From Gordius albopunctatus (taxonomy: Eukaryota): a stretch of DNA of 64,000 nucleotides. The position numbers and the translations under genes are program-made. The stretch lies in the NCBI GenBank assembly GCA_964276515.1, contig OZ193909.1, positions 13,578,001 through 13,642,000 on the forward strand. Reading direction: 5' to 3'. Below the pieces are notes generated by a model, which was not told where the DNA came from, did no database searches, and was given only the letters and a program-made list of their open reading frames with translations. Of this stretch, positions 52,608-64,000 are shown piece by piece; position 1 is the stretch's first letter; each line of letters opens with the position of its first letter.

Positions 52608-53310
52608 TTACTGGGGGAGCCGCAATATTTTGTTCTTTGAGAAGTCTTTCCAACGTTTCCTGTCTTGCATGATGGGCAGCAATGAATTCCAATCATGACT
52701 CATTGTTTGGACATCGCGGAACACCTTGTAAAGCCAGCTGCCATTGCATTTGCGACCTTTTAGCTGGGGTAGACACCAGAACAGGGAAGATAGAAAGTAG
52801 TTGGTTCCCTTCCTCCGCACTTGATGTGCCAAAAAACCCCATTTTCTCGCGAGTAGAATATTTTTAATTGGAGGGATTTCGCAACGCACCCATAGATCCT
52901 CGTTGGTTATTCTCAACAGATAAAATATCCGGCAAGCGATACGTAGCATTTTATTAAGACTGACTTGCAGCTTCTTTAAGCTAGGAGCCTTCAGCGACCA
53001 AGATTCGCAACCGTATAGGAGGATTGGTAGGATCGTGACTTTGAAAATCCTCAAACGCGTCTGGAGCGTCAGTTGACGTGAGCGCCATATCACCGAGCAA
53101 GAGTAGAATTTGACCATGGTCCGACGGAGCTTCGATTCGGCATCCGCTTCGGCGTAGGTATCTGGAGTAAGCTCCACTCCCAAATATCGGACTTTTCGAG
53201 ATGCATTTATTACGTTGTTGTTGATTACCAGAGTAGAGTTCGAAGGATCGTTTATGCAGATCATTGATCATTTGTCTGGGTTTATAAACAGTCCTGCTTT
53301 AAGCAAAATT
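52608..53310 (-). mobile_element. Non-LTR retrotransposon 3' fragment (RT thumb / C-terminal region)
   Basis: VRYLGV, RLRIFKVTILPILLYGCESWSL and DRKRWK are typical of RTE-like LINE C-termini. Confidence 0.75.
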
Positions 53311-53774
53311 AAAATGGCCTAACCCTCCCAGAGGACCGCAAGACGGTACCAGGGCCTCCTTCCATCTAAAATATTGTCTCATTGTCGCCTGCTCAGGAAC
53401 TTTTGAAACTGGCGCATCAGCCGTTTCAAGGAAGTAGGCAGGTTGACATATTTTTAAATATTTTCCTAGATTTTTGCTTCAGCAAAAAATTGGCATCCTA
53501 ATCGTAAAATAGAATTTAATATCTCTTGCTTTTATCTTGAGGATAATACTTTCAATGCTTGATTTAATGAATTTTATTTATCATTTTTTTATTAATTGCT
53601 ATTCTATTTTATATCTTTTTTGTTTTTGTAATTTTTATAACGTCCTATAAAATTGAAGTGGTTAAAATTTCTTATTGAGAGGCGTCATATATTCAAATTG
53701 AGATAAAGTATTTACATTGTGTAATTACGCGGGTGAATAATAATTCCCGTAAATTATGTGTATTCAAATTATGG

Positions 53775-56700
53775 TAATTTGAAAGGCACCATAGAATCTC
53801 TCTATACTACAATTCGAGCAGCCATTTTATATCGTACAACCAGGTCAGAGTCAGCAAGGTTCCGCGAGCTGCTTACTAACGTAGAGTTGGGTGACCGTAA
53901 GCCCTCCCAAATTTACAGACACATGAAGGCACTCCTCGGTACAGCTAAAATGGACGAGGCTATTCTGAAACAGCTGTGGCTAGACAAACTGGACAGAAAT
54001 ATGACTAGCATTTTAGCCATTTGCGCAGGTGACCAGACTCTATCTAAACTAGCTGAATCAGCCGATAGGATCGCCGAGACATACCGCACCCCTCAATTAT
54101 CAAATATCATTCCAAAAGCGAACAATGAATTGGAAATACTCCGGGGCATGGTTGAAAAACTCAATCTGAGCATTGACACACTACGCCAGCATCTCGACCA
54201 GCAAAAACGACTCGTAACAATGGACAGAATTTCGCCTAGGCGTTCCCAGTCACCTTCAAGACCCCCCACTGATGTTACCCCGACTGGTTCTGGTACCATC
54301 AGCAATTCAGGCACAAAAGCTCCAAATGTCAATCAACGTGTAACTACACTATGGCCGCAGTGTAAAACCATTCGGCCAGCCAGGAGCAGCGACGCCTTGT
54401 CTAGGCCTATCAAAGAGTCGTTTTTTTTTAGTTTTGGATAAATCTACTGGAATGCGTCTCCTTATAGACACTGGGGCCGAAATTAGTGTTATACCGCCTC
54501 CGCCCAACCATCATCTTAAACCCTCATATCTACCTGCAAGCAGCCAACACCATCACCATCAAGACTTATGGTCAAAAATCTTTGGCACTGGATCTTGGTT
54601 TGTGCAGGAATTTCCAATGTGTATTCACAGTTGCCGACATGAAAACGCCGATCATCGGGGCGGATTTCTTAAGCAACTTCAATCTCCTAGTAGATATCCG
54701 ACGACAGTGTCTGCTGAACCCCATCACCGCATTAAAATCGTATGGCCATTCCACTAACTCGAGTTTGTATAATGTACAACTCGCTATTAAGGTAGACTCG
54801 CCTGATTTTTTAAACTTATTAAGAGAATTCCCTAAAATTTATTCCCCCCTAATTACAAGGTTAACGTAAAGCATCACGTCGTCCATCACATAAACACCCA
54901 AGGCCCACCTGCTTACGCCAAGCCTAGGCGCCTAGACCCCGTTAAACGGAAAATAGCTAAACAAGAGTTTACGCATATGCTTGAATTGAGTATAATCCAA
55001 CCTTCGGACAGTCCCTAGGCATCCCCTCCGCACATGGTCCTAAAGAAAGTACCCGGATATTGGCGACCATGCGGTGATTACAGAGCCCTTAACACTCAAA
55101 TCGTACCAGATCAATATCCTCTCCCACACCTCCACGACTTTTCACTCAACTTGGCGGCACAACAATCTACAGCAAGATAGAACCACCAAATTCCCGTCGC
55201 CCCCGAAGACATCAAAAAGACAGCAATTACCACACCCTTCGGGCTATTCAAATATTCACGTATGCCTTTTGGGCTACGCAAATCCGCTCAAACCTTCCAA
55301 CGTTTCATCGATCAAGCCTTTCGAGGCCTGAACTTCACATTTGCTTATCTAGATGATTAATTGCAAGCTCATCAATCACCCAACACTTACACAATCTCCG
55401 TCAAGTTTTCCAACGCCTACGTGAGTTCGATCTCAAGATTAACGTAGGCAAGTGTGAATGGGGACAGCCCGCAATTAACTTCCTAGGCCACCATGTATCA
55501 CCACAAGGTCTAACTCCGGTACCAGATAAAATCTCAACTATCAAAAGTTTTGCCACCCCAACAACCATGACGCAACTTCGTCGCTTCATAGGTATGGTAA
55601 CTTTTTACCGACGTTTTATACCTAGCTGCGCACTCCACCTCCAGCCATTAACTGATCTGCTCAATGACTCAAAAGGACCCCTCGTTTTAACACAAGACGC
55701 ACAGGATGCATTCGACAAGACTAAGGAAACGCTTGATGAGATCACGACCCTGAATCACCTTGTAGAGAGCGCCACTCTTTCATTAACAACCGACGCGTCA
55801 AACACCGCCATTGGCGCCGTCCTGCACCAAACATTAAATGGAGAGAGTAGCCCCCTGTCATTTTTTTCGCTTAAATTAAATACGACTCAGACGCGCTACA
55901 GCACATTTGGTAGAGAATTACTTGCTATTTGCCTCTCTATAAAACATTATCGACATGTTTTAGAAGCCCGAGACTTCACGATTTACACAGATCACAAGCC
56001 TCTGACCTACACTTTAACTAGTAAGTCTGACAAATACTCACCACGGGAAATACGACAGCTAGATTACATATCACAATTTACATCCGACATCCAATTCATC
56101 AATGGTAAGACAAATATCGTGGCGGACGCTCTTTCGCGAACAGAGATAGATTCCATACAACTTACAAATACCACAATAACGGAAAGGTTAGCTATGTCAC
56201 AACAACGGGAACAATACTCAACCGAAGAGCTGGGATCCCTTAAACTGGAACAATGTTCAATTCCAGGTACGAGTTAAACCCTTACCTGCGATACATCCAC
56301 CACAATTCCAAGACCCTTAGTACCCAAGAGCCTACGACGCGAAGTTCTTGAGCACCTACATGGTCTGTCGCATCCAGCCTCCCGGCCAACATTAAAACTG
56401 ATTTCCAAACATTTCGTCTGGCCTGGAATGAATAAAGAGGTGCGAGATTGGACGAAACATTGCGTTTCATGCCAAAAATGCAAGGTAAATAGATACACCA
56501 TCACAGTTTCAGCCACTTTCGCGGAGCCTGGCGCAAGATTCAGTCATGTTCACGTGGACCTCGTGGGCCCATTACCCCTTTCTAATGAACACATTTTCAC
56601 CGCAGTCGATCGTTTTACCCGGTGGCCCGTGGCAATCCCAATCAACGATGCATCAGCTGAAACTGTAGCCCAAACATTTTTGACGCATTGGATAGCTAAC

Positions 56701-57774
56701 TACGGAGTACCCACTACATTAACCACAGACCGAGGCCCCCAATTCCAATCTGCCCTGTTACCATTATATAACCACTACAGCTTACCATCCACAAGCCAAT
56801 GGTATGGTAGAGCGATTTTATCGACAGCTAAAAAGTTCGATTATGACAAAAGGAGACACTACCAATTGGTCTGATCGAATTCCCCTTGTACTCCTGGGTA
56901 TCCGAAGCACCGTCAAGGAAGACTTATCCTGTTCGAGCGCTGAACTGGTATACGGCACCTCTTTGAGACTAACAGGAGATTTTTTGGTTCGCTTCACACC
57001 CACCAGATTATCAAATATCAAACAACAGATTACCAACGATTTGGTTACAGCTACTCACGTATTTGTAAAGATTGACCGGCATCGGAAAGCTTTAGTCCCT
57101 CCGTACGAAGGTCCTTACAAGGTAATCGAAAGACATTCTAAATATTTCGTCATAGACCACAATGGAAAAAAAGACACCATTTCATTTGATTGTTTAAAGC
57201 CAGCCTTCCTTGAACCGAGATCCGATTTCCCCAAATCCATGTCCCTCCCCTCCAAGCCGATCTACGTTAAGCAAACCTACCATACAACCCGCTGTGTTCA
57301 CTCCTCCCAAAGCAAGCAATTCTTCTTCTCCATCAACCAAAATCACTCCTACACCAATTACCACCAAGTCCGGCCGTCATGTTCATTGGCCCAAGAAGTT
57401 TTTCAATTTTATGTAACACTCCACGTCTACGAAGGGGACTATTTGTAGGAATTAAAATGCGAATTGAGAATATAAATGTAGCAGATTGTCAACTCCAGGT
57501 GTTTTATCATTGGCATGATTTTCCGCAATCCATCGCTTCATCCAAACATTGCGGCGTCATTTCTTATTGAATCAATAATCCTTCGCTCTACTAATTATAT
57601 CCCATCATTATTATTCTGTATTCCGATATTGTAATCATTCGCTCTATCAATTATAATCGACCATTATTCTTCAAATCCCTTTTACCAATGGCTAAAAATC
57701 ATCATCATTCTTTATTATTCCTTATCCGCGTGAATAAAATATAAGTTCTACTTTTCAGTGTAAACACACCTATA
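53775..57774 (+). mobile_element. Degraded Ty3/gypsy retrotransposon (gag, protease, RT, RNase H, integrase, 3' LTR; 5' LTR missing)
   Basis: gag ELGDRKPSQ; protease [32 protein letters not shown]; RNase H TTDASNTAIGAVL, YTDHKPL, NIVADALSR; integrase HVHVDLVGPLP, TDRGPQF; PPT GAAGGGGA at 57431; LTR ~57444-57774. Confidence 0.93.
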
Positions 57775-58562
57775 AAAACGGGTAGTAGAAACAACAATAA
57801 AAGCATCATTATTTTTAGGAATAAGAATATGGGGTTTTAAACTTTAAATTTAGGACAAAAATAATTAACATCAAATTTATGTTCCAAATAATTATCTTCC
57901 AATTCTAACTAACTTTGACATTAAATAGTTATTTATCGAATATAGTTGAAGCATAAAAACTTCTAGAAAACTCATTATTTAGATTTAATCTATTACGGCG
58001 TCATTAAATACTCTATTGTACTTTTGAAATCGTTAAACGGGTGCTCAAAAATCTCGAGCCACCTTAGCTTAACAAGTTTAATTATTCAAACTGATTGAAT
58101 ACCAATTTATAAGTACCGCGTTATGCAGGATGAGTAACTGCGAAATATAAATATGATTTGTTTATATTTACTATTCAATCAGATCTCAATCTAAGCCTAT
58201 AATTTTGTAATATTTAATAATGCTATGGATTCAAATATGTGATAAAGATATTATAAAACTATTCACATACCCTAAGAGTCAACCATACTTAGGTAAATGT
58301 TGCCTAAAATATAATATTTACAGGAATTTTTTTAATGTCAAATATATTCCATACATATTGATTTACACTTAATACCTTAAATGTAAATCATGCAAATTAA
58401 AATACACAATAATTTAATAAAATCTAACGATAAAAAAAGTCGAGATCTCGCCGAAAAAATCTCATATCGTCTCGTCTCGACATCAAAATTCTCGTCTCAT
58501 CTCGGTTTTTCGAGACGAGGCGAGACGATACCAAGATTTTTTTCGGTTTTTCCGCATCACTA
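57775..58562. mobile_element. Partial hAT (GAGAC family) copy D, inverted relative to copies A-C and abutting the gypsy LTR
   Basis: Reverse complement of ~30997-31795, ending CCGCATCACTA. Confidence 0.85.
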
Positions 58563-58755
58563 TTTAACAGTATTCGAAGAGAAACCCTTATTAACACTTT
58601 TTTAGCTGAATTCCCACAACTTTTAAATTACATTTTATTAAACTATGGTTCTACAACCAAGCTCCGATTCGGCGAATACGTCATTCACTCTTCCGAAGGC
58701 ATCCAACAAGGAGATCCATTAGGCTTCCTTTGTTTTGTTTAGCCATTCATAATTT

Positions 58756-59080
58756 TTTTTTATTTATATGTTGTTTATTTGAACGTAAGAACATTATAAA
58801 AACGAGAAATATAAAAGCGGGTGTAAAACTAAATAAAAATATTATGATTCAAAAATGTCGCATGTGTCATCTTGTAAAAGTGGCCAACTGTCGGGCAGGG
58901 ATTTAAAATTGTGCTTTGCTATAAAAATACTAATTTTTTGTTTAAGTAAAAATTTTGTGGAATATTTAGAAGGCGGGCAGCGACGGCTGATTTCTTTAAA
59001 AAGCTTAATGGCGGCCGGACCAAAAGTCCCAGAACACGAGGCAACGATAGGGGTAAAGATATTAGAGTGTAGGAGACTCG
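58756..59080 (-). mobile_element. Antisense CRE 3' fragment inserted into the CRE RT
   Basis: IFTPIVASCSGTFG...KHNFKSLPDSWP* plus poly(A) (T-run ~58753-58761), flanked by a ~64-bp direct duplication. Confidence 0.75.
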
Positions 59081-59481
59081 TCCGAAGGCATCCAACAAGG
59101 AGATCTATTAGGCTTTCTTTGTTTTGTTTAGCCATTCATAATTTAGTTGAGGCTATATCATCTCAGTTTACCCTAGATTTAAATGTTTGGTATCTCGACG
59201 ACGCCACCCTATGTGGCCGCCCGGAGGAGATCAGTAAAGCTATAGAAATTATAAACAATTTTGAACCCACTCTAAATCTTAATTAAACTCGAAAAAATTT
59301 GAAATCTTTCAGGCCCCCAACACTATTGACTTTCCAATTTTTAAAACTTTTTTAGTTTTAGAGAAAGAAAAAATATCCCTTTTGGGATCACCCATTGGCG
59401 GTGAAAAATCTCTTCTAAATTTTCTTCATAAGAACCTTGAAATTTTAAAATCTAAAACGGAACTTTTAAAATGCTTGCCAG

Positions 59482-61551
59482 TAGTGATGTGGGAAAACCG
59501 AGAAAATTCTCAGTCTCGTCTCGTCTCGGTTTTTCGAGACGAGAAACTGATCCGAGATCGAGACGAGAATTTTGATTTCGAGACGAGACGAGATTTTTTG
59601 GCGAGATCTCGGGTTTTTATTGATCATTAGATTTCAGTAAATTATTGTGTATTTTAATGTGCCTGATTTACATTTAAGGTATTGAATATAAATCAATACG
59701 ATATGAATATATTTTATATTAAAATAACACCTAAGTGTAGTAATTATGATATATTTTCACAAAAATTTTAAAATTTAGCAATTTCAGTTCATTTACGTAA
59801 GTGTGGATGACACTTAGGGTATGTGAATAATTTAATAATATATTTCTCACATATATGTATCCTTAGAATTATTAAATGTTACAAAATTTTAGACTTAGAA
59901 TGAGTTCTGATGGAGTAGTAAATATTCCTAAAGCATATTTGAACTTAGCAGTTTCTCATCCTACTTGATGCAGTAATTATAAATTTTTGGTGGTCAATTA
60001 GTTTGAATCATAATACAAGTTAAGCTAAGGTGGCCCGAGCTTTTTGGGTACCCTAATGTTATTTGTGCCTGCATAACGATTTTAAAAGTTCAACTGAGTT
60101 TTCAATGACACCGTAATACATTAAATCATGAGTTTTCTAGAAGTTTTATGCTTCAACTAATAATATACCTCCCAAATTTTAGAACCTTAATAAGACATTA
60201 TGTGAATACATTGTTTTGTCATATGCATTACTTTTCACCTCATAAACTGGGGTTTGCAGATGCATTTTATACGATAATTTTTATAGTTGTGGCTATTTTG
60301 CAATATAAAATAAATACACAACTGTTAAGGGCTGATATTTATTCACGTAAACTATTAGGAGTGTGATACAAAAACACGACGACAAAACCAAAAAATGTGC
60401 TGGCGTATATATCCAACGCCTTTATATGTTACAACCAATTAACGATAATTTGGTCGCCAACGCGCGTGTAAATAACATCAAATTTGATCGCCAACGCGCG
60501 TGTAAATAACATCAACACGCAGGTAACTATCGTATCCCTGGAGGCACTTTACCTCTCTACAACAACTTATACTGTACTAGATAAATAACTATTTAATGGC
60601 AAATTTAGTTCGAATTGGAAAGTAATTATTTAAAATACTAATTTGATTATAATGATTTTTGTCTTAAAATAAAATAGGTGCGCTTTAATCTAAAGTTTAA
60701 AACCCTATGTTCTTGATCCTGTAATAATGCTCCTTTTATTGTTGTTTTTGCAACGTTTTAATTTGTGCAACAAGTTATCAATTTTGTAAATAATAATATT
60801 ACCATAAAAGTCACTCGCACTTTGTGGCTTATAACGCTATAGTAAACCGGTAATAATCTTTATGGGTTATAATTGATGATGGCAATATCAATGGACTAAA
60901 ACATTTGCCTTAAATATGTTAAGGTCAACTTTGAATTTTTAGCCAGTGTTAATGTTGGGTCTCAATTTGCCTAAATATGTAACTAAGTCAAATATAGGTC
61001 AACTTATAACAAATGTTATAATTTTCTAGAACTATAAAATTTAATAAGGTCTTATCAGTTAGTATATTAAGCTCCAAAACACTCACAAGAGTATTGGTTT
61101 AACTCAAATTTAAAAATTTTCAATAAACACCACTATTCAATTCTAAATTTAATTCACAGTTATGCTATTTTATATATTAAACAAACAGCGATCCTTTCGT
61201 ACTATACTTCAAATTTATTTATAGTTTTTTAATTTGTACTCCATAGAAAATTTTATCTATTGTTAATGAGATGTCGTGTCGCGCTATATCATTAAAAAGT
61301 TTGTGTATTAAGTTTTTTTTAAATATAAAGGTATACCATTTGGATTTTGGTAACACTTATAATTTTAATAAAACATGAGAAATTTTTATCTTGTATAAAT
61401 TTTTCTTAAATGTCGAGACGAGACGAGAATTCTCGCCTAGACGAGACGACACCGAGATTTTTCTAGACCGAGACGAGATCGAGATTTTCATAATCGCTCC
61501 CGAGACGAGACGAGATTTTGCTTTCGAGACCGAGACGAGATCGAAACACTA
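59482..61551. mobile_element. Non-autonomous hAT element (GAGAC family), copy B
   Basis: TAGTG...CACTA termini, perfect TSD CTTGCCAG; removing it restores the CRE reading KCLPAHHSFYIIKNYF. Confidence 0.92.
60323..60561. mobile_element. Solo LTR related to the 5574-5753 LTR
   Basis: TGTTA...TACCTCTCTACA, 5-bp TSD ACAAC, shares GTTACAACCAATTAACGATAATTTG with the 5574 LTR. Confidence 0.85.
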
Positions 61552-63659
61552 CTTGCCAGCGCATCACTCATTTTACATAATCAAAAACTATTTTAACATT
61601 TCAAAGATTAATCATTGTTTTCGCTCATCTGGCGCATTTCTACAACCAGACGTTTTAAAGTCGTACGAAGGCTTTTTAAAAACTCTATTAGAAAAAAATT
61701 TTAAATTTAAATTTTAATACTAAAAATTGGATTTAAGCATCCCTACCAACCAAATCTGGAGGATTAGGAATTCGCCCTCCCGGCGGCATATCGCTAGCCG
61801 TTTTTATTTCCTCTTTTAAGTCGGTCCAAAACTTAATTTTTAATCTCATAAAACATGATTCCGACCCTCTGCTAACTCAAGTCTTGGAGCTTTGGAATTT
61901 GAATGTCACACCCGAGACCATTCAACCTCAAAGTACGAGACAAAAGGATTGGGATTCTGGACTAGTATCGCGCTCCGTTGATTACCTTTTATCGAGCATT
62001 ACAACCTTAGGTCCCTCGCTTTTGACGGTTCCGGTCACGAGTGGCTTGAAGCCTATCCCAGCAAACTTTTGGGAATGCTGCTTGAAGACTTTGAGCTATC
62101 ATATTCAATAACTTTAAGGTTGGGGATTAGTTACAGCAGAGAATTCAACTGTCAAAATTGTCTTACCGTTGTAGACTAATATGCTAGGCACCCTCTACAC
62201 TGCCTAGAAAACAAATTTAAATATGTTAGGCACACTAAAGCTAATTTATTAATTCAAGCTGCCCTTAAAAAGGAAAAAATCCCCTCAATCCTTTAGCCGT
62301 CAGATCCCTCTCTTGAATGTAGGATGCGCCCTGACGGCTCTTCTCTAGTCCACTGGCAAAATGGCCTATCCCTCAAATGAGATTTTACTTGTATTGAACC
62401 TTTTGCCCCTTCCCTTTTTAATTACGACCCTATCGCTACAGAAGAAGGGCGTAAAACTACAAAGTATTCTGCCCTTTTGACAACCAATATTTTTATCCCT
62501 GTCGTTGCCTCGTGCTCCGGTTCCTTTCGCAAACAGGCAATGGGGTTTTTTAAAGAAATCTGCGTCCTTTTTACTAAGTCAACAACTAGGGATTCTTGTT
62601 GCACGATACAACTTTAAATCCTTTGCCGACTCATGGCCCATTTTAGAAGATAATGATATAGATCTTTGTATTTAACCAATATGTCTTTATTTTTGTATTT
62701 CGCTTATTTATGTAACTTTGTTTCGTGATTTTTACATTAACCATAAAAAAATTGTGATGAGGTGATATTTGTATGGACTAAATTTAAGAAATATCTACCA
62801 ATAGATTTCTGGCCAATTATAAAAGAATGCCTTTCCAAATGAATATTTACGCGTATTTCTTGGCTATTGCTCAAACTTGATTGACAAGAATGTTCAGAAA
62901 TATTATATTAGATTGATCTCTCAGTTTAATGGGCATGGCTTCTCTATATCTATATGCTTGAGTATTTTTGTATTGGTTGTATATTTATGCTGGTTATGTG
63001 AGTTAATAATAATGGATAAGTGCGTTGAAATGTAAATCTTCATGCATAAGGAGAGGTGTGTATTAATTTTTTTGAAGTTCTCTGATTTTAACGCTTGTGT
63101 GAAATTGAATGAGCTGTTAGAAGATATTACATGTCTTAATTTAAATATAGATGAAGTGATTATTATAGCTTCAAGTGATAACTGTGACACTGCCAAGAGT
63201 GGAGATGGAATCGATTTTAATTTGAAACCTTTACCTATGTCAATAATTTCGCCATATTCGGAGGTTATTAGTTTTGTGGATCTAGATAATCCATTCCTTC
63301 AAGGTAATTTGACTTAGCAGGATGATGAAAATAAATACCTCTCACCTGGCCGCATAGAAGGTTTTATCAGACACATTTTATTTACATAAAAATCTTTTAA
63401 GAATATTTAGAACAAAATTTTCAGAAGATGAAGTTCTGAAACTTATAATAAATATGACTAATCTACCAGACAGACTCTTGTAACGATTTCGATGTATCCA
63501 ACTGCATTAAAACTGGTATTTTAATGGGATGTACCAAATTAATGTTTTACGAGAAGATGATAGATTTTTCCAGAATTTAGAAATTATATATATAATTATA
63601 AAGGTATTACAGGACTTCATTAAGAAGAAAAACACACACGCTCACTCAAACGTTACCAT

Positions 63660-63885
63660 CCTCCTCTGGATATCCCATTCACTCATTACACTCGCGATCA
63701 CATCACACCTCTGGATATTCCATTCATTCACTACATTCGCAATTACTTTACATCTCTGGATATTCCATTTATTCACTACATTCGCGATCACTTCACATCT
63801 CTGGATATTACATTTATTCACTAAATTCGTGATTACATCACACCCCTGGATATGACATTTATTTATTACGTTTGCGTTCGCATCA
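63660..63885. repeat. 45-bp minisatellite (~5 copies), also present inverted at ~30165-30260
   Basis: Unit TGGATATTCCATTTATTCACTACATTCGCGATCACATCACATCTC, period 45. Confidence 0.8.
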
Positions 63886-64000
63886 CATTGTTCACAGTCC
63901 TTTCAACTACACTTGGCTAGTCTCATAAGTCGCAGAGGAGGTAGAAGATCTTATATTCGAGGTTCCAGAATCTGCTTCATATGACAAACTGAAGGAGGCA

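Larger units (their letters stand above)
58563..62750 (+). mobile_element. Degraded CRE-clade non-LTR retroelement (RT + restriction-like endonuclease), interrupted by nested insertions
   Basis: SSEGIQQGDPLG, NVWYLDDATL, LLGSPIG, ASLPTKSGGLGI, Cys/His knuckle, RHTKAN, RPDG.SL..WQNG..L..DFTC. Confidence 0.8.

Noticed and set aside
53758..57448. Active or domesticated gypsy element
   Set aside because: Multiple stops and frameshifts in RT and integrase, and no 5' LTR.

Overview
AT-rich eukaryotic (invertebrate-type metazoan) genomic DNA; the species cannot be determined from the sequence alone. Host genes reconstructed by hand: WDTC1/adipose (+, 14 exons, 8800-18665), a small chitin-binding (CBM14)-like terminal exon (+), MGMT (-, 4 exons), a single-pass LRR/mucin-stalk receptor (-), CDK7 (-, intronless CDS) and ANAPC11 (-, intronless CDS). 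Much of the remainder is transposon-derived: hAT MITEs with 8-bp TSDs, a pogo-like MITE, Helitron and Helentron(HINE)-like elements with expanded tandem repeats, RTE and CRE non-LTR retroelements, and Ty3/gypsy remnants, often nested. Most striking observation: the APC11 ORF ends 12 nt before the CDK7 ATG, lies between a GT donor and an AG acceptor, and has no AG dinucleotide on its coding strand. This suggests the whole APC11 ORF doubles as a 5'UTR intron (or outron) of CDK7, so one splicing/polyadenylation choice would yield either APC11 or CDK7. Several spliceosomal introns are only 33-38 nt. All gene models and protein similarities were derived by eye and from memory of the families, not by database search.
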